Below, piece by piece: positions 21,420 to 28,758 of a stretch of DNA of 32,000 nucleotides. The stretch spans positions 60,001 through 92,000 of the forward strand of contig NC_008789.1 in assembly GCF_000015585.1 (NCBI RefSeq). The letters run 5' to 3'. The position numbers were made by a program, and so were the translations under genes. Source of the DNA: Halorhodospira halophila SL1. Lineage in GTDB: Bacteria; Pseudomonadota; Gammaproteobacteria; Nitrococcales; Halorhodospiraceae. Every line of letters begins with the position of its first letter. Positions within the stretch are counted from its first letter, which is position 1. The notes below the pieces were generated by a model, which searched no databases, was not told the DNA's origin, and saw nothing but the letters and a program-made list of their open reading frames with translations.

Positions 21420-22313
21420 TCAGACGCGAGGCAGGGGTTCCATGCGCGGTAGAGGTTCTTTGCGGGTGATCTTCCGTGCGCCCGCACCCCGTCGGGGCTC
21501 ACCGTCTTCCAACCAGACAATGGCGCCCGTTGGACAACGTTCGATCGCCACTGGTGAGGCCAGATCATTCTTGCTGTAGTCGATCACCGCCAGGTTGTTC
21601 TCCATGCGGATCAGACCTTCCGGCGCGTCGGCTGCACAGCGCCCGCAGGCGGTGCAGACAACCTCACAGTGGGATTCGGCCTCGTCCTGCGGATCCTGGT
21701 TGCGGCAATTGATCCACAGGCGGTGGCTTTCGGGTTGCAGGCTGAAGAGGTCTTTTGGACAGATTTCGACGCAATCACCGCAGCCGGTGCATTTTTCGGC
21801 ATCCACGATCGGCAGGCCATACCGGTTGAGCTCAATCGCGTCGAAACCGCACTCGTCCTCGCAGTCACCAAGGCCGAGACAGCCCCAGACACAGCCCTTG
21901 CCACCGCCGGCGACCAGCGCCGCCGCCCGGCAGGACTTGAGCCCCTCGTAGCGCGCCCGGGTAGCCGCCACGTGGGTGCCGCCAGCGCAGGCCAGTCGGG
22001 CGATTAGCCGCTCCTGGTTGCCTACGCTGACACCGAGCAGGTCAGCGATTTGCTGATTCAACTCGGGGGAGTTGACTGTACACCGGGAAGGTTGGGTTTC
22101 GCCGTTGATCAGGGCTTCGGCAAACGGGCGACACCCCGCGACCCCGCAGGCGCCGCAGTTCGCCCGAGGCAGCAGGTCCTCGATCTCGTCGATGCGCGGA
22201 TCCTCGTAGACGTAGAGTCGCCGATTGGCCACGGCGAGCATCGCGGCCAGGAGGATACCCAGGCTCGCCATCACGCCGCCCGCCAGGGCGATCTGTGTCA
22301 TTGCCGAAGTCAC
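21420..22313 (-). CDS. rnfB: Rnf complex subunit B (membrane-anchored polyferredoxin type)
   Basis: N-terminal TM helix, then CGACGVAGC, GCVWGCLGLGDCEDECGFDAI, CTGCGDCVEICP, CTACGRC and ERCPTGAI. The GTG at 22313 has GAAGGGA about 10 nt upstream. ATG at 22301 is an alternative start. Confidence 0.88.
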   Translation of the reverse strand: MTSAMTQIALAGGVMASLGILLAAMLAVANRRLYVYEDPRIDEIEDLLPRANCGACGVAGCRPFAEALINGETQPSRCTVNSPELNQQIADLLGVSVGNQERLIARLACAGGTHVAATRARYEGLKSCRAAALVAGGGKGCVWGCLGLGDCEDECGFDAIELNRYGLPIVDAEKCTGCGDCVEICPKDLFSLQPESHRLWINCRNQDPQDEAESHCEVVCTACGRCAADAPEGLIRMENNLAVIDYSKNDLASPVAIERCPTGAIVWLEDGEPRRGAGARKITRKEPLPRMEPLPRV

Positions 22314-22389
22314 TCGCTGCGTCCCTTCCCGGTGGTGTTAACGGTATTGTGCAGTGAACAATAGCGAGAGGAAATTACCCTTATAGAGG

Positions 22390-22420
22390 CCGGCAGGTCA
22401 AATCCCCCTGCTGGTTTTTT
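22390..22420 (+). terminator. Orphan intrinsic-terminator-like structure on the plus strand in the rnfB/iorA divergent intergenic region
   Basis: CCGGCAGG-TCAAATCCC-CCTGCTGG forms an 8-bp stem (six G:C pairs, one A:U and one G:U). It is immediately followed by TTTTTT (22415-22420). Confidence 0.45.
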
Positions 22421-22543
22421 CTCGGCCTGAGCCAGGCTCCCGCGCGGGTCCGGTGCCGTTGTTGATCCCCCATTGCTGGCTCTCTATGCTCTGTCGGCCT
22501 GAAATCGCAGTCCGGACCATGAGTCAGCCCCCAGGAGTCGTAC

Positions 22544-24139
22544 ATGCCCGATCAATTCCTTACTGGCAATGAAGCCGTCGCACAGGCGGCGCTCGACGGT
22601 GCCGTATCGCTGGGTACCGGCTATCCGGGCACCCCCTCCACCGAGATCCTGGAGCGCTTCGACACGTTGGGTGGACGGGCGCAGTGGGCCCCGAACGAGA
22701 AGGTGGCGCTGGAGGTTGGCCTCGGCGTCGCCTACGGCACCGCCCGGGCGCTCGTCACCATGAAACATGTCGGCCTCAATGTGGCAGCCGATGCCCTCTT
22801 CTCTGCGACTTATACGGGGGTTGCCGAGGGCCTGGTGATCGTCGTGGCCGACGATCCGGGGATGCACTCCAGCCAGAACGAGCAGGATACGCGCCGCTAT
22901 GCCGAAGCCTCCGGGGCGCCGATGTTCGAGCCCGGCGACAGCCAGGAGGCCTACGACCATACGCTCAAGGCCCTGGAGGTCTCCGCCCGGTTCCAGCTGC
23001 CCGTGATCCTGCGCATGACCACCCGGGTCTGCCACTCCAAGGGACGAGTCCGCACCCGCAACGAGCGCGCGCAGGTGCCGGCGCCGCGCTACGAGCGAGA
23101 TATCCCCGGCCGGGTCATGATCCCCGGCTACGCGCGCCCGGCCCACGTCCGTCTGCGCGAGCGGCTGGCCAGCCTGGCCCGCTCCGAGGTTCCGGCGCAG
23201 CTGCTTATCGAGGAGGGCGACGACACCCGCCTGGGGATCATCGCCGACGGTGTGGCCGCGGCGCACGCCCGGGAGGCAGCACCGGGCGCCCGTCTGCTCA
23301 AGCCCGGACTCACCCATCCCCTGCCGATTGAGGCCATGCGGGATTTCGCCGCCAAGGTGGACCGCTGCGTTGTCATCGAAGAGGGGGACCCCTACCTCTA
23401 CACCGCCGCCCGGGCTGCCGACATCCCGGTGGAGGGGAAACCGGAACGCTTCCGCTTTGGCGAACTGAATGCCGACCGGGTCCGACGCATCCTCGCCGGC
23501 GACGAGAGCCCGGAGCCGGAACCGGAGGCCCCGGGGAAACCGCCGCGCCTCTGCGCCGACTGCTCCCACCGGCAGGTCTTCCAGACGCTCGCCAAGCATG
23601 AGTGCATCGTCGCCGGGGATATCGGTTGCTACACCCTCGGCGTGATGCCCCCCTTCGAGGCGATGGACACCTGCGTGTGCATGGGGGCGAGCATCGGCGT
23701 CGGGCTTGGTCTGCGCCACGCCCTGCCCGCCGACCAGGCGCGGCGGGTGGTGAGCGTCATCGGCGACAGCACCTTCGTGCACACCGGTCTACCCGGGCTG
23801 GCCGAGATGGCCTACAACCCGCCCGCCACCGGGCACATCCTGCTCATCCTCGACAACGACACCACGGCGATGACCGGCCTCCAGGAGCACCCGGGCACCG
23901 GGCGTCGACTCGACCACCACCCGGCCAGCAGTAAACTCCACTACGAGGCGATCGCGCTGGCGTTGGGGATCAGCAACGTCCATACCGTGGACCCGGTGGA
24001 GGCCCAGGACGAGTTCGAGCGGCTGTTGACCGACGCCCTGGCCAGCGACGAACTGACCCTGATCGTGGCCCGCCGCCCCTGCCCGCTGGCCAGCCGGCGC
24101 CTGGCCGCTTTTCAGGCCGAGCAGGAGTCGTCCTCATGA
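22544..24139 (+). CDS. iorA: Indolepyruvate:ferredoxin oxidoreductase alpha subunit (short form; no CxxCxxCxxxCP ferredoxin module seen)
   Basis: Typical IorA motifs: FLTGNEAVAQAAL, GYPGTPSTEI, MKHVGLNVAAD, DDPGMHSSQNEQD, LCADCSHR, GDIGCYTLG and IGDSTFVHTG. AGGAG lies 7 nt upstream of the ATG at 22544. Confidence 0.88.
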   Translation: MPDQFLTGNEAVAQAALDGAVSLGTGYPGTPSTEILERFDTLGGRAQWAPNEKVALEVGLGVAYGTARALVTMKHVGLNVAADALFSATYTGVAEGLVIVVADDPGMHSSQNEQDTRRYAEASGAPMFEPGDSQEAYDHTLKALEVSARFQLPVILRMTTRVCHSKGRVRTRNERAQVPAPRYERDIPGRVMIPGYARPAHVRLRERLASLARSEVPAQLLIEEGDDTRLGIIADGVAAAHAREAAPGARLLKPGLTHPLPIEAMRDFAAKVDRCVVIEEGDPYLYTAARAADIPVEGKPERFRFGELNADRVRRILAGDESPEPEPEAPGKPPRLCADCSHRQVFQTLAKHECIVAGDIGCYTLGVMPPFEAMDTCVCMGASIGVGLGLRHALPADQARRVVSVIGDSTFVHTGLPGLAEMAYNPPATGHILLILDNDTTAMTGLQEHPGTGRRLDHHPASSKLHYEAIALALGISNVHTVDPVEAQDEFERLLTDALASDELTLIVARRPCPLASRRLAAFQAEQESSS

Positions 24140-24681
24140 GCGATCGCCACGGCGTGACCAACATCGTCATTGCCGGGCTGGGTGGCCAGGGGATCGTCAC
24201 CGGTTCGGACATCCTGGCCCACGCCGCCTTCGCCGCCGGCCACGACGTCAAGAAGAGCGAGATCCACGGCATGAGTCAGCGGGGCGGCTCGGTCAGCAGC
24301 GACATCCGTTTCGGCCCCCGGGTGCACAGTCCCATGGTGCCGCACGCCGAGGCCGACTTCCTGATCATCTCGGAGTCGTCCCAGGTCTTGCCCAACCGCC
24401 ATCGGCTCGGGCCGCAGGGGCGGCTGATCACACCGGACGCGGTCCCGCAGCTTTTCCAGGACGAGTCGTCGCAACAGGCCGCCCGCATGGTGAACGTCGC
24501 CCTGCTCGGCGTGCTCAGTGCTCACCTGGATATCGCCGAGGCACACTGGATCGACGCCATCCGCACTCAGCTGCCGGAGAAGCTCCACGAGATGAACCTG
24601 CGCGCATTCCGCCAGGCACGGGGCATCGAGGCCCTGTTCGGTACGCTGACCGGCGACTCACGGCCCCGACCCACTCTGTGA
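24136..24681 (+). CDS. iorB: Indolepyruvate:ferredoxin oxidoreductase beta subunit
   Basis: NIVIAGLGGQGIVTGSDILA...KKSEIHGMSQRGGSVSSDIRFG is typical of IorB. Its ATG overlaps the iorA stop (ATGA). Confidence 0.88.
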   Translation: MSDRHGVTNIVIAGLGGQGIVTGSDILAHAAFAAGHDVKKSEIHGMSQRGGSVSSDIRFGPRVHSPMVPHAEADFLIISESSQVLPNRHRLGPQGRLITPDAVPQLFQDESSQQAARMVNVALLGVLSAHLDIAEAHWIDAIRTQLPEKLHEMNLRAFRQARGIEALFGTLTGDSRPRPTL

Positions 24682-24692
24682 AGAGGGAACCC

Positions 24693-26030
24693 ATGCAGAA
24701 AGCAGCCGCACCGACCCCGGAACAGCCAGCCTTCAACCCGCGCAGCGCCCCTGATTACCTCCCCGAGCAGCAACTGCGCGAGCTCCAGCTCAGCCGGCTT
24801 CGGGCGATGGTGACCCGAGCCTACGAGCGCGTGCCGCTCTTCCGCGAGCGCTGTGAAAAGCGGGGGGTTCAGCCCTCGGACATCCGTCAGCTGGCCGACG
24901 TCCAGCACCTACCCTTCACGGTCAAGAACGACCTGCGGGACACCTATCCCTTCGGGCTGTTCGCCAGCCCGCGGGAGGAGATCGTCCGCCTCCACGCCTC
25001 CAGCGGGACCACGGGCAAACCCATTGTGGTGGCGTATACCCAAGACGATCTCGAGGTCTGGTCCGAGGTCATGAGCCGCACCTTTGCCGCCTGCGGGGTG
25101 CACGCCGGCGACATGGTGCAGAACGCCTTCGGCTACGGCTTGTTCACCGGGGGGCTGGGGGCGCACTACGGGGCCGAGAAACTCGGCGCGACGGTGATCC
25201 CGATCTCGGGTGGCAACACCGAGCGGCAGATGATGGTGATGCGCGATTTCGGCGTCACCGCCCTGTGCGCCACCCCCAGTTATTTCCTGCACCTGCTCGA
25301 ACGCGCCCGCGCCGCCGACATCGATTGGCCCAATTTGCCTCTGCGCGTGGGGATCTTCGGCGCCGAGCCGTGGACCGAGGCGATGCGTCAGCGCATCGAG
25401 CAGGAGAGCGGCATCCGTGCCTACGACATCTACGGCCTGTCCGAGATCATCGGCCCCGGCGTCGGCAGTGAGTGCTGCGCCCAGGACGGGTTGCACATCT
25501 TCGAGGACCACTTCTACCCGGAGATTATCGACCCGGAATCCGGCACACCGCTGCCGGATGGCGAGGAGGGCGAACTGGTACTGACCACCCTCAGCAAGCA
25601 GGCGATGCCGATGATCCGGTACCGGACCCGGGATATCACCACGATCCTCCCCGAGCCGTGCCGCTGCGGCCGGACGATACGGCGGATCCAGCGGATCGGG
25701 CGACGTAGCGACGACATGTTCATCATCCGCGGCATCAACGTCTTTCCGGCCCAGGTCGAGACGGCCCTGCTGCAGGTGGAGGGCACCCTGCCCCACTACC
25801 AGATCACTCTGACCCGCCAGGGGAGCCTCGACCAGATGGAGGTCGCCGTGGAGGTCACCGAGGCCGTCCTCAGTGATACCGTCGGGGGCATGGAGGCGCT
25901 GCAGAAGCAGATCGCCGACGCCCTCGAGCACGTCATCGGGCTGCGGGTCGGCGTCCGCCTGGCGGAACCGCAGACCCTCCCGCGCAGCGAGGGTAAGGCC
26001 AAGCGGGTCTTCGATAACCGCGAGGGGTGA
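24693..26030 (+). CDS. paaK: Phenylacetate-CoA ligase family (arylacetate-CoA ligase)
   Basis: Carries LHASSGTTGKPIVVAYT, GYGLFTGGLGAHYGAE and YGLSE. The ATG at 24693 has AGAGGGA 5 nt upstream. GTG at 24678 (GTGA overlap with iorB) is an alternative start. Confidence 0.88.
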   Translation: MQKAAAPTPEQPAFNPRSAPDYLPEQQLRELQLSRLRAMVTRAYERVPLFRERCEKRGVQPSDIRQLADVQHLPFTVKNDLRDTYPFGLFASPREEIVRLHASSGTTGKPIVVAYTQDDLEVWSEVMSRTFAACGVHAGDMVQNAFGYGLFTGGLGAHYGAEKLGATVIPISGGNTERQMMVMRDFGVTALCATPSYFLHLLERARAADIDWPNLPLRVGIFGAEPWTEAMRQRIEQESGIRAYDIYGLSEIIGPGVGSECCAQDGLHIFEDHFYPEIIDPESGTPLPDGEEGELVLTTLSKQAMPMIRYRTRDITTILPEPCRCGRTIRRIQRIGRRSDDMFIIRGINVFPAQVETALLQVEGTLPHYQITLTRQGSLDQMEVAVEVTEAVLSDTVGGMEALQKQIADALEHVIGLRVGVRLAEPQTLPRSEGKAKRVFDNREG

Positions 26031-26032
26031 TC

Positions 26033-26470
26033 ATGAAATTCAGGCAGTTGTCGCTTTTTCTTGAGAATCGACCTGCGCACCTCAAGCAGCCGTGCCGGAT
26101 CCTGGCCGAGGCCGGGATCAATATACGCACCCTCTCCCTGGCCGACGCCGATCAGTTCGGTATCCTGCGCCTGATCGTGGCCGACTGGGAGCGGGCCAAG
26201 CGCATCCTCGAGGAGGCGGGCTGCGCCGTGCGGGTCGACGAGGTGGTCGGCCTGGAGGTCACCGACGAGTGCGGCGGCATGGCCCACGTCCTCGAAGTCC
26301 TGGAGGCGGGTGGCCACAACGTCCTCTATACCTACGCCTTCACCTTCGGCGAGGCGGGACGGGCGGTGCTGTTCATGCGCTTCGACGATCCGGACGCAGC
26401 GATTGCCACGCTGCAGGCGGGCCGGATCAACGTGCTCGATCCGGTGCACTGGCTGTCCCGCACGAACTGA
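26033..26470 (+). CDS. ACT-domain (small-ligand-binding) protein
   Basis: About 145 aa with two ACT-like repeats (QLSLFLENRPAHLKQPCRILAEAGINI...; GLEVTDECGGMAHVLEVLEAGGHNV). The ATG at 26033 follows GAGGGG. It sits directly after paaK, which as I recall is the usual arrangement in iorAB-paaK clusters. Confidence 0.75.
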   Translation: MKFRQLSLFLENRPAHLKQPCRILAEAGINIRTLSLADADQFGILRLIVADWERAKRILEEAGCAVRVDEVVGLEVTDECGGMAHVLEVLEAGGHNVLYTYAFTFGEAGRAVLFMRFDDPDAAIATLQAGRINVLDPVHWLSRTN

Positions 26471-26475
26471 CCCCG

Positions 26476-26505
26476 GTGACCGGGGGCTGCTCAGCCCCCG
26501 GTCAC
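26476..26505. terminator. Perfect 12-bp inverted repeat between the convergent ACT-domain gene and moaA; candidate bidirectional terminator
   Basis: GTGACCGGGGGC-TGCTCA-GCCCCCGGTCAC. The moaA stop codon (26491-26493) lies in the loop, and the last four moaA codons form the right arm. There is no U-tract on either side. Confidence 0.4.
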
Positions 26506-27513
26506 GCTCATAAAACGCGCGACCTGAGAGGGTGGGGTCGCCCCCGGTACGGCGAACTCGTGGCGAGCCGGTTTGCGCTCCGCGGCCGCGCGGATTCCCC
26601 CGCGCAGACGGTCCTGGAGCGCTTCAGCGCCGTCCCCGACGCGCAGGATGGCCCGCAGATCGACGGCACCCTCGTGCCCCAGACAGGGCAACAACTGCCC
26701 CTCCACCGTCACCCGAACACGGTTGCAGGCGGGACAGAAACACCCGGAGTGGGGCGAGATGAAGCCGACCCGGGTATCGGTACCGACCACCCGCAAATCC
26801 CGCGAGGGTCCGGCTGCCGGGCGCGTTTCGGCAAGCTCCAGGCTGTAACGCCGTTCGATCAGCGCCTGCACCTCGGCCGACGCCATGAACGCCTCCCCCC
26901 GGTCGTGCCCGGGGCTCGCCCCGAACGGCATCTCCTCGATGAAACTGATATCCAGGCCGCGGGCCAGGGCGAAAGCGACCAGCGAGAGGATCTCGTCGTC
27001 GTTGCGGCCGCGCATGGCGACGGTGTTGAGCCGAATCCGCTCAAAACCGGCCCATCGCGCGGACTCGATCCCGTCGAGCACCCGATCAAGCCGTCCGGTA
27101 CGGGTCAACTGCCGGAAGCGCTCCGGGTCGAGGGTATCCAGACTGATGTTCAGCCGCCGCACACCGGCAGCGCGCAGCTCCTGCGCATGGCGCGCTAGCT
27201 GCGTGGCGTTGGTGGTCATGACCAGCTCGTCGAGTCCCTCGAGGCCCCCGAGCCGCCGGGCCAGGGCGAGCACACCGCGCCGTAAAAGGGGCTCCCCACC
27301 GGTGATGCGGATCTTGCGCACCCCCAGGCTGACGAACGCCGCTGCGACCTGCTCCAGCTCCTCCAGAGAGAGAACCTCGGAACGGGGTACGAACCGCACC
27401 GCATCCCCCATGCAATAGAGGCAACGCAGGTCGCAGCGGTCGGTGACCGACAGGCGCAGGTAATCGATCGGGCGCCCGCTGGCATCCACCAGCGGCTCGG
27501 CATCCGCAACCAT
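26491..27513 (-). CDS. moaA: GTP 3',8-cyclase (molybdenum cofactor biosynthesis protein A, radical SAM)
   Basis: Carries LRLSVTDRCDLRCLYC (CxxxCxxC), ITGGEPLLR, the C-terminal cluster Cys CFCPACNRVRVT, and a terminal GG. The ATG at 27513 has GGGAGGG 5-6 nt upstream. Confidence 0.92.
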   Translation of the reverse strand: MVADAEPLVDASGRPIDYLRLSVTDRCDLRCLYCMGDAVRFVPRSEVLSLEELEQVAAAFVSLGVRKIRITGGEPLLRRGVLALARRLGGLEGLDELVMTTNATQLARHAQELRAAGVRRLNISLDTLDPERFRQLTRTGRLDRVLDGIESARWAGFERIRLNTVAMRGRNDDEILSLVAFALARGLDISFIEEMPFGASPGHDRGEAFMASAEVQALIERRYSLELAETRPAAGPSRDLRVVGTDTRVGFISPHSGCFCPACNRVRVTVEGQLLPCLGHEGAVDLRAILRVGDGAEALQDRLRGGIRAAAERKPARHEFAVPGATPPSQVARFMSVTGG

Positions 27514-27543
27514 GACAGCCCTCCCAGCGACGGGGCACGCCCG

Positions 27544-27577
27544 CCTAGCGCAACCGGAAACCTAGCGTAACCGGAAA
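27544..27577. repeat. 17-bp tandem duplication (CCTAGCGCAACCGGAAA / CCTAGCGTAACCGGAAA) spanning the dsbB stop codon
   Basis: Two adjacent copies with one C/T difference. Copy 2 encodes the last five dsbB codons plus TAG on the minus strand. Copy 1 lies in the dsbB-moaA spacer. Confidence 0.8.
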
Positions 27578-28062
27578 ACCGCGTACACCGACGCCGCCCC
27601 AAGCACCGTAAAGCCGAAGAAACTGGCCACTGGCAGCGGGATCCCGAACAACACCGCCGCTTCGGCGCAATCGGTATTCCCGGTCACCAACTCGATAAGA
27701 AACTCCCGCCAGGGCAACATCTGCAGCATGACCTCCGGGCTCATCCCGCAATCCACTACTTCGGGGTTCCACATGACATAGAGATGGCGACCCGCAGCGG
27801 CCAGCCCGGCGGCCGTCACTATGATCAGGGCACCGCCCAGAAGCCACCGTCCTCCACGCCCGCGCGGCCAGAACAGCACGCCGAGCAGCGCAACGACCAT
27901 CAGGACCGCCAGGATGCCCCGCTGGGTCCAGCACAGCGAGCACGGCTGCAGTCCGCCCCAGTGCTCGGCCCCGGCCACGATCACCCCAGCTGTGGCGGCC
28001 AGCACGGCGACCAGACCCAGAAGACACCGGCCCGACCCCAGCCATGCGTGCATCTTGCTCAT
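27562..28062 (-). CDS. dsbB: Disulfide bond formation protein B
   Basis: Four TM helices. Carries the CSLCWTQR (CxxC...QR) motif in the first periplasmic loop and a second Cys pair (DCG...DC) in the second loop. About 166 aa. Confidence 0.85.
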   Translation of the reverse strand: MSKMHAWLGSGRCLLGLVAVLAATAGVIVAGAEHWGGLQPCSLCWTQRGILAVLMVVALLGVLFWPRGRGGRWLLGGALIIVTAAGLAAAGRHLYVMWNPEVVDCGMSPEVMLQMLPWREFLIELVTGNTDCAEAAVLFGIPLPVASFFGFTVLGAASVYAVFRLR

Positions 28063-28296
28063 ATCCTCTCGCCCTTCACTCCGACGGATGGCTCCGGGGA
28101 TGCATCCCGTAGCCGGCGATGATAACAGTCCATCGCCGGCCCGACGCCTCGGCCCCAGAGCGCTAGACGGGGTCGCCCTTCACCAACGGTGGCGATGCAC
28201 CGCCGAGCAGAGGGGCTATCGATGCCGTTCCATCAATCCATGTAGAATCATCCAGTCTTCCAGCCTTCCTGCCACATCAACCAAGAGGATCGATTC

Positions 28297-28644
28297 ATGT
28301 ACAAGGATTGGGCCAGCACCGCGGACGAGCTCTCTACCCTCTTCAAAGAGGTCCGCAAGGGGCAGCCGGATGTCGCCAAAGGATTCTCGGCCATCGCCCA
28401 GGCGGCCACCGCCGACGGCGCCCTGTCGCCGAAGACCAAGGAGCTGATCGCGGTGGCCATCAGCGTGGCAACCCGCTGTGACGGCTGTATCGCCTTCCAC
28501 ACCAAGGCGGCGGTCAAGCACGGCGCCACCCGCGACGAGATCCTCGAGATGATCGGCGTTTCGGTCTATATGGGCGGCGGCCCGTCGCTCACCTACGGCG
28601 CCCAGGCGCTTGAGGCCTACGACCAGTTTGCCGCCCAGGGTTAG
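28297..28644 (+). CDS. Carboxymuconolactone decarboxylase / AhpD-like family protein (CxxC)
   Basis: 115 aa with LSPKTKELIAVAISVATRCDGCIAFHTKAAVKHGATRDEILE, the AhpD/CMD signature region. AAGAGGA lies 8 nt upstream. Confidence 0.8.
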   Translation: MYKDWASTADELSTLFKEVRKGQPDVAKGFSAIAQAATADGALSPKTKELIAVAISVATRCDGCIAFHTKAAVKHGATRDEILEMIGVSVYMGGGPSLTYGAQALEAYDQFAAQG

Positions 28645-28697
28645 TGCGGTAAAAAGTCTACTCCGAGATAGAGCGCTTGATTCCCATCAAAACCACG

Positions 28698-28740
28698 CCG
28701 TACGGTAGGGTTGGGCCCGCGCCCCACCGTACGGTCTTTC
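28698..28740 (+). promoter_or_regulatory. Inverted repeat CCGTACGGT-N19-ACCGTACGG followed by TCTTTC. It is either the terminator of the AhpD-like gene or an operator of the ArsR-rhodanese gene
   Basis: 9-bp perfect arms, extendable by GGG/CCC after one mismatch. Each arm contains the self-complementary octamer CCGTACGG. It lies 54 nt after the upstream stop and 25 nt before the ATG at 28759. Confidence 0.35.
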
Positions 28741-28758
28741 GGAGTGCATCCTGATCGC

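Noticed and set aside
16085-21469. Very long plus-strand ORFs (16085-18379, 764 aa; 19442-21469, 675 aa) antisense to the PFOR gene
   Set aside because: Their translations are Arg/Gly/Pro/Ala-rich, low-complexity and motif-free, whereas the minus strand encodes a full-length PFOR. Long stop-free antisense frames are expected at this G+C content.
22346-22362. ATTGT-N7-ACAAT inverted repeat considered as a NifA UAS, FNR box or CRP box
   Set aside because: A NifA UAS needs TGT-N10-ACA, FNR needs TTGAT-N4-ATCAA, and CRP needs TGTGA-N6-TCACA. None of these fits. It is kept only as an unassigned palindrome inside the intergenic finding.
22484-25931. Minus-strand ORFs 22484-23782 (432 aa) and 24909-25931 (340 aa) antisense to iorA and paaK. 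The same reasoning covers 4097-5086, 2606-3547, 12636-13577 and 13280-14104.
   Set aside because: In each case the opposite strand carries a gene with clear family motifs and operon-consistent junctions. These frames look like GC-driven artefacts.
27545-28045. Alternative-frame 166-aa ORF overlapping dsbB on the same strand
   Set aside because: Its translation is Arg/Gly-rich with no TM helices. The 27562-28062 frame gives a canonical DsbB with the CxxC...QR motif.
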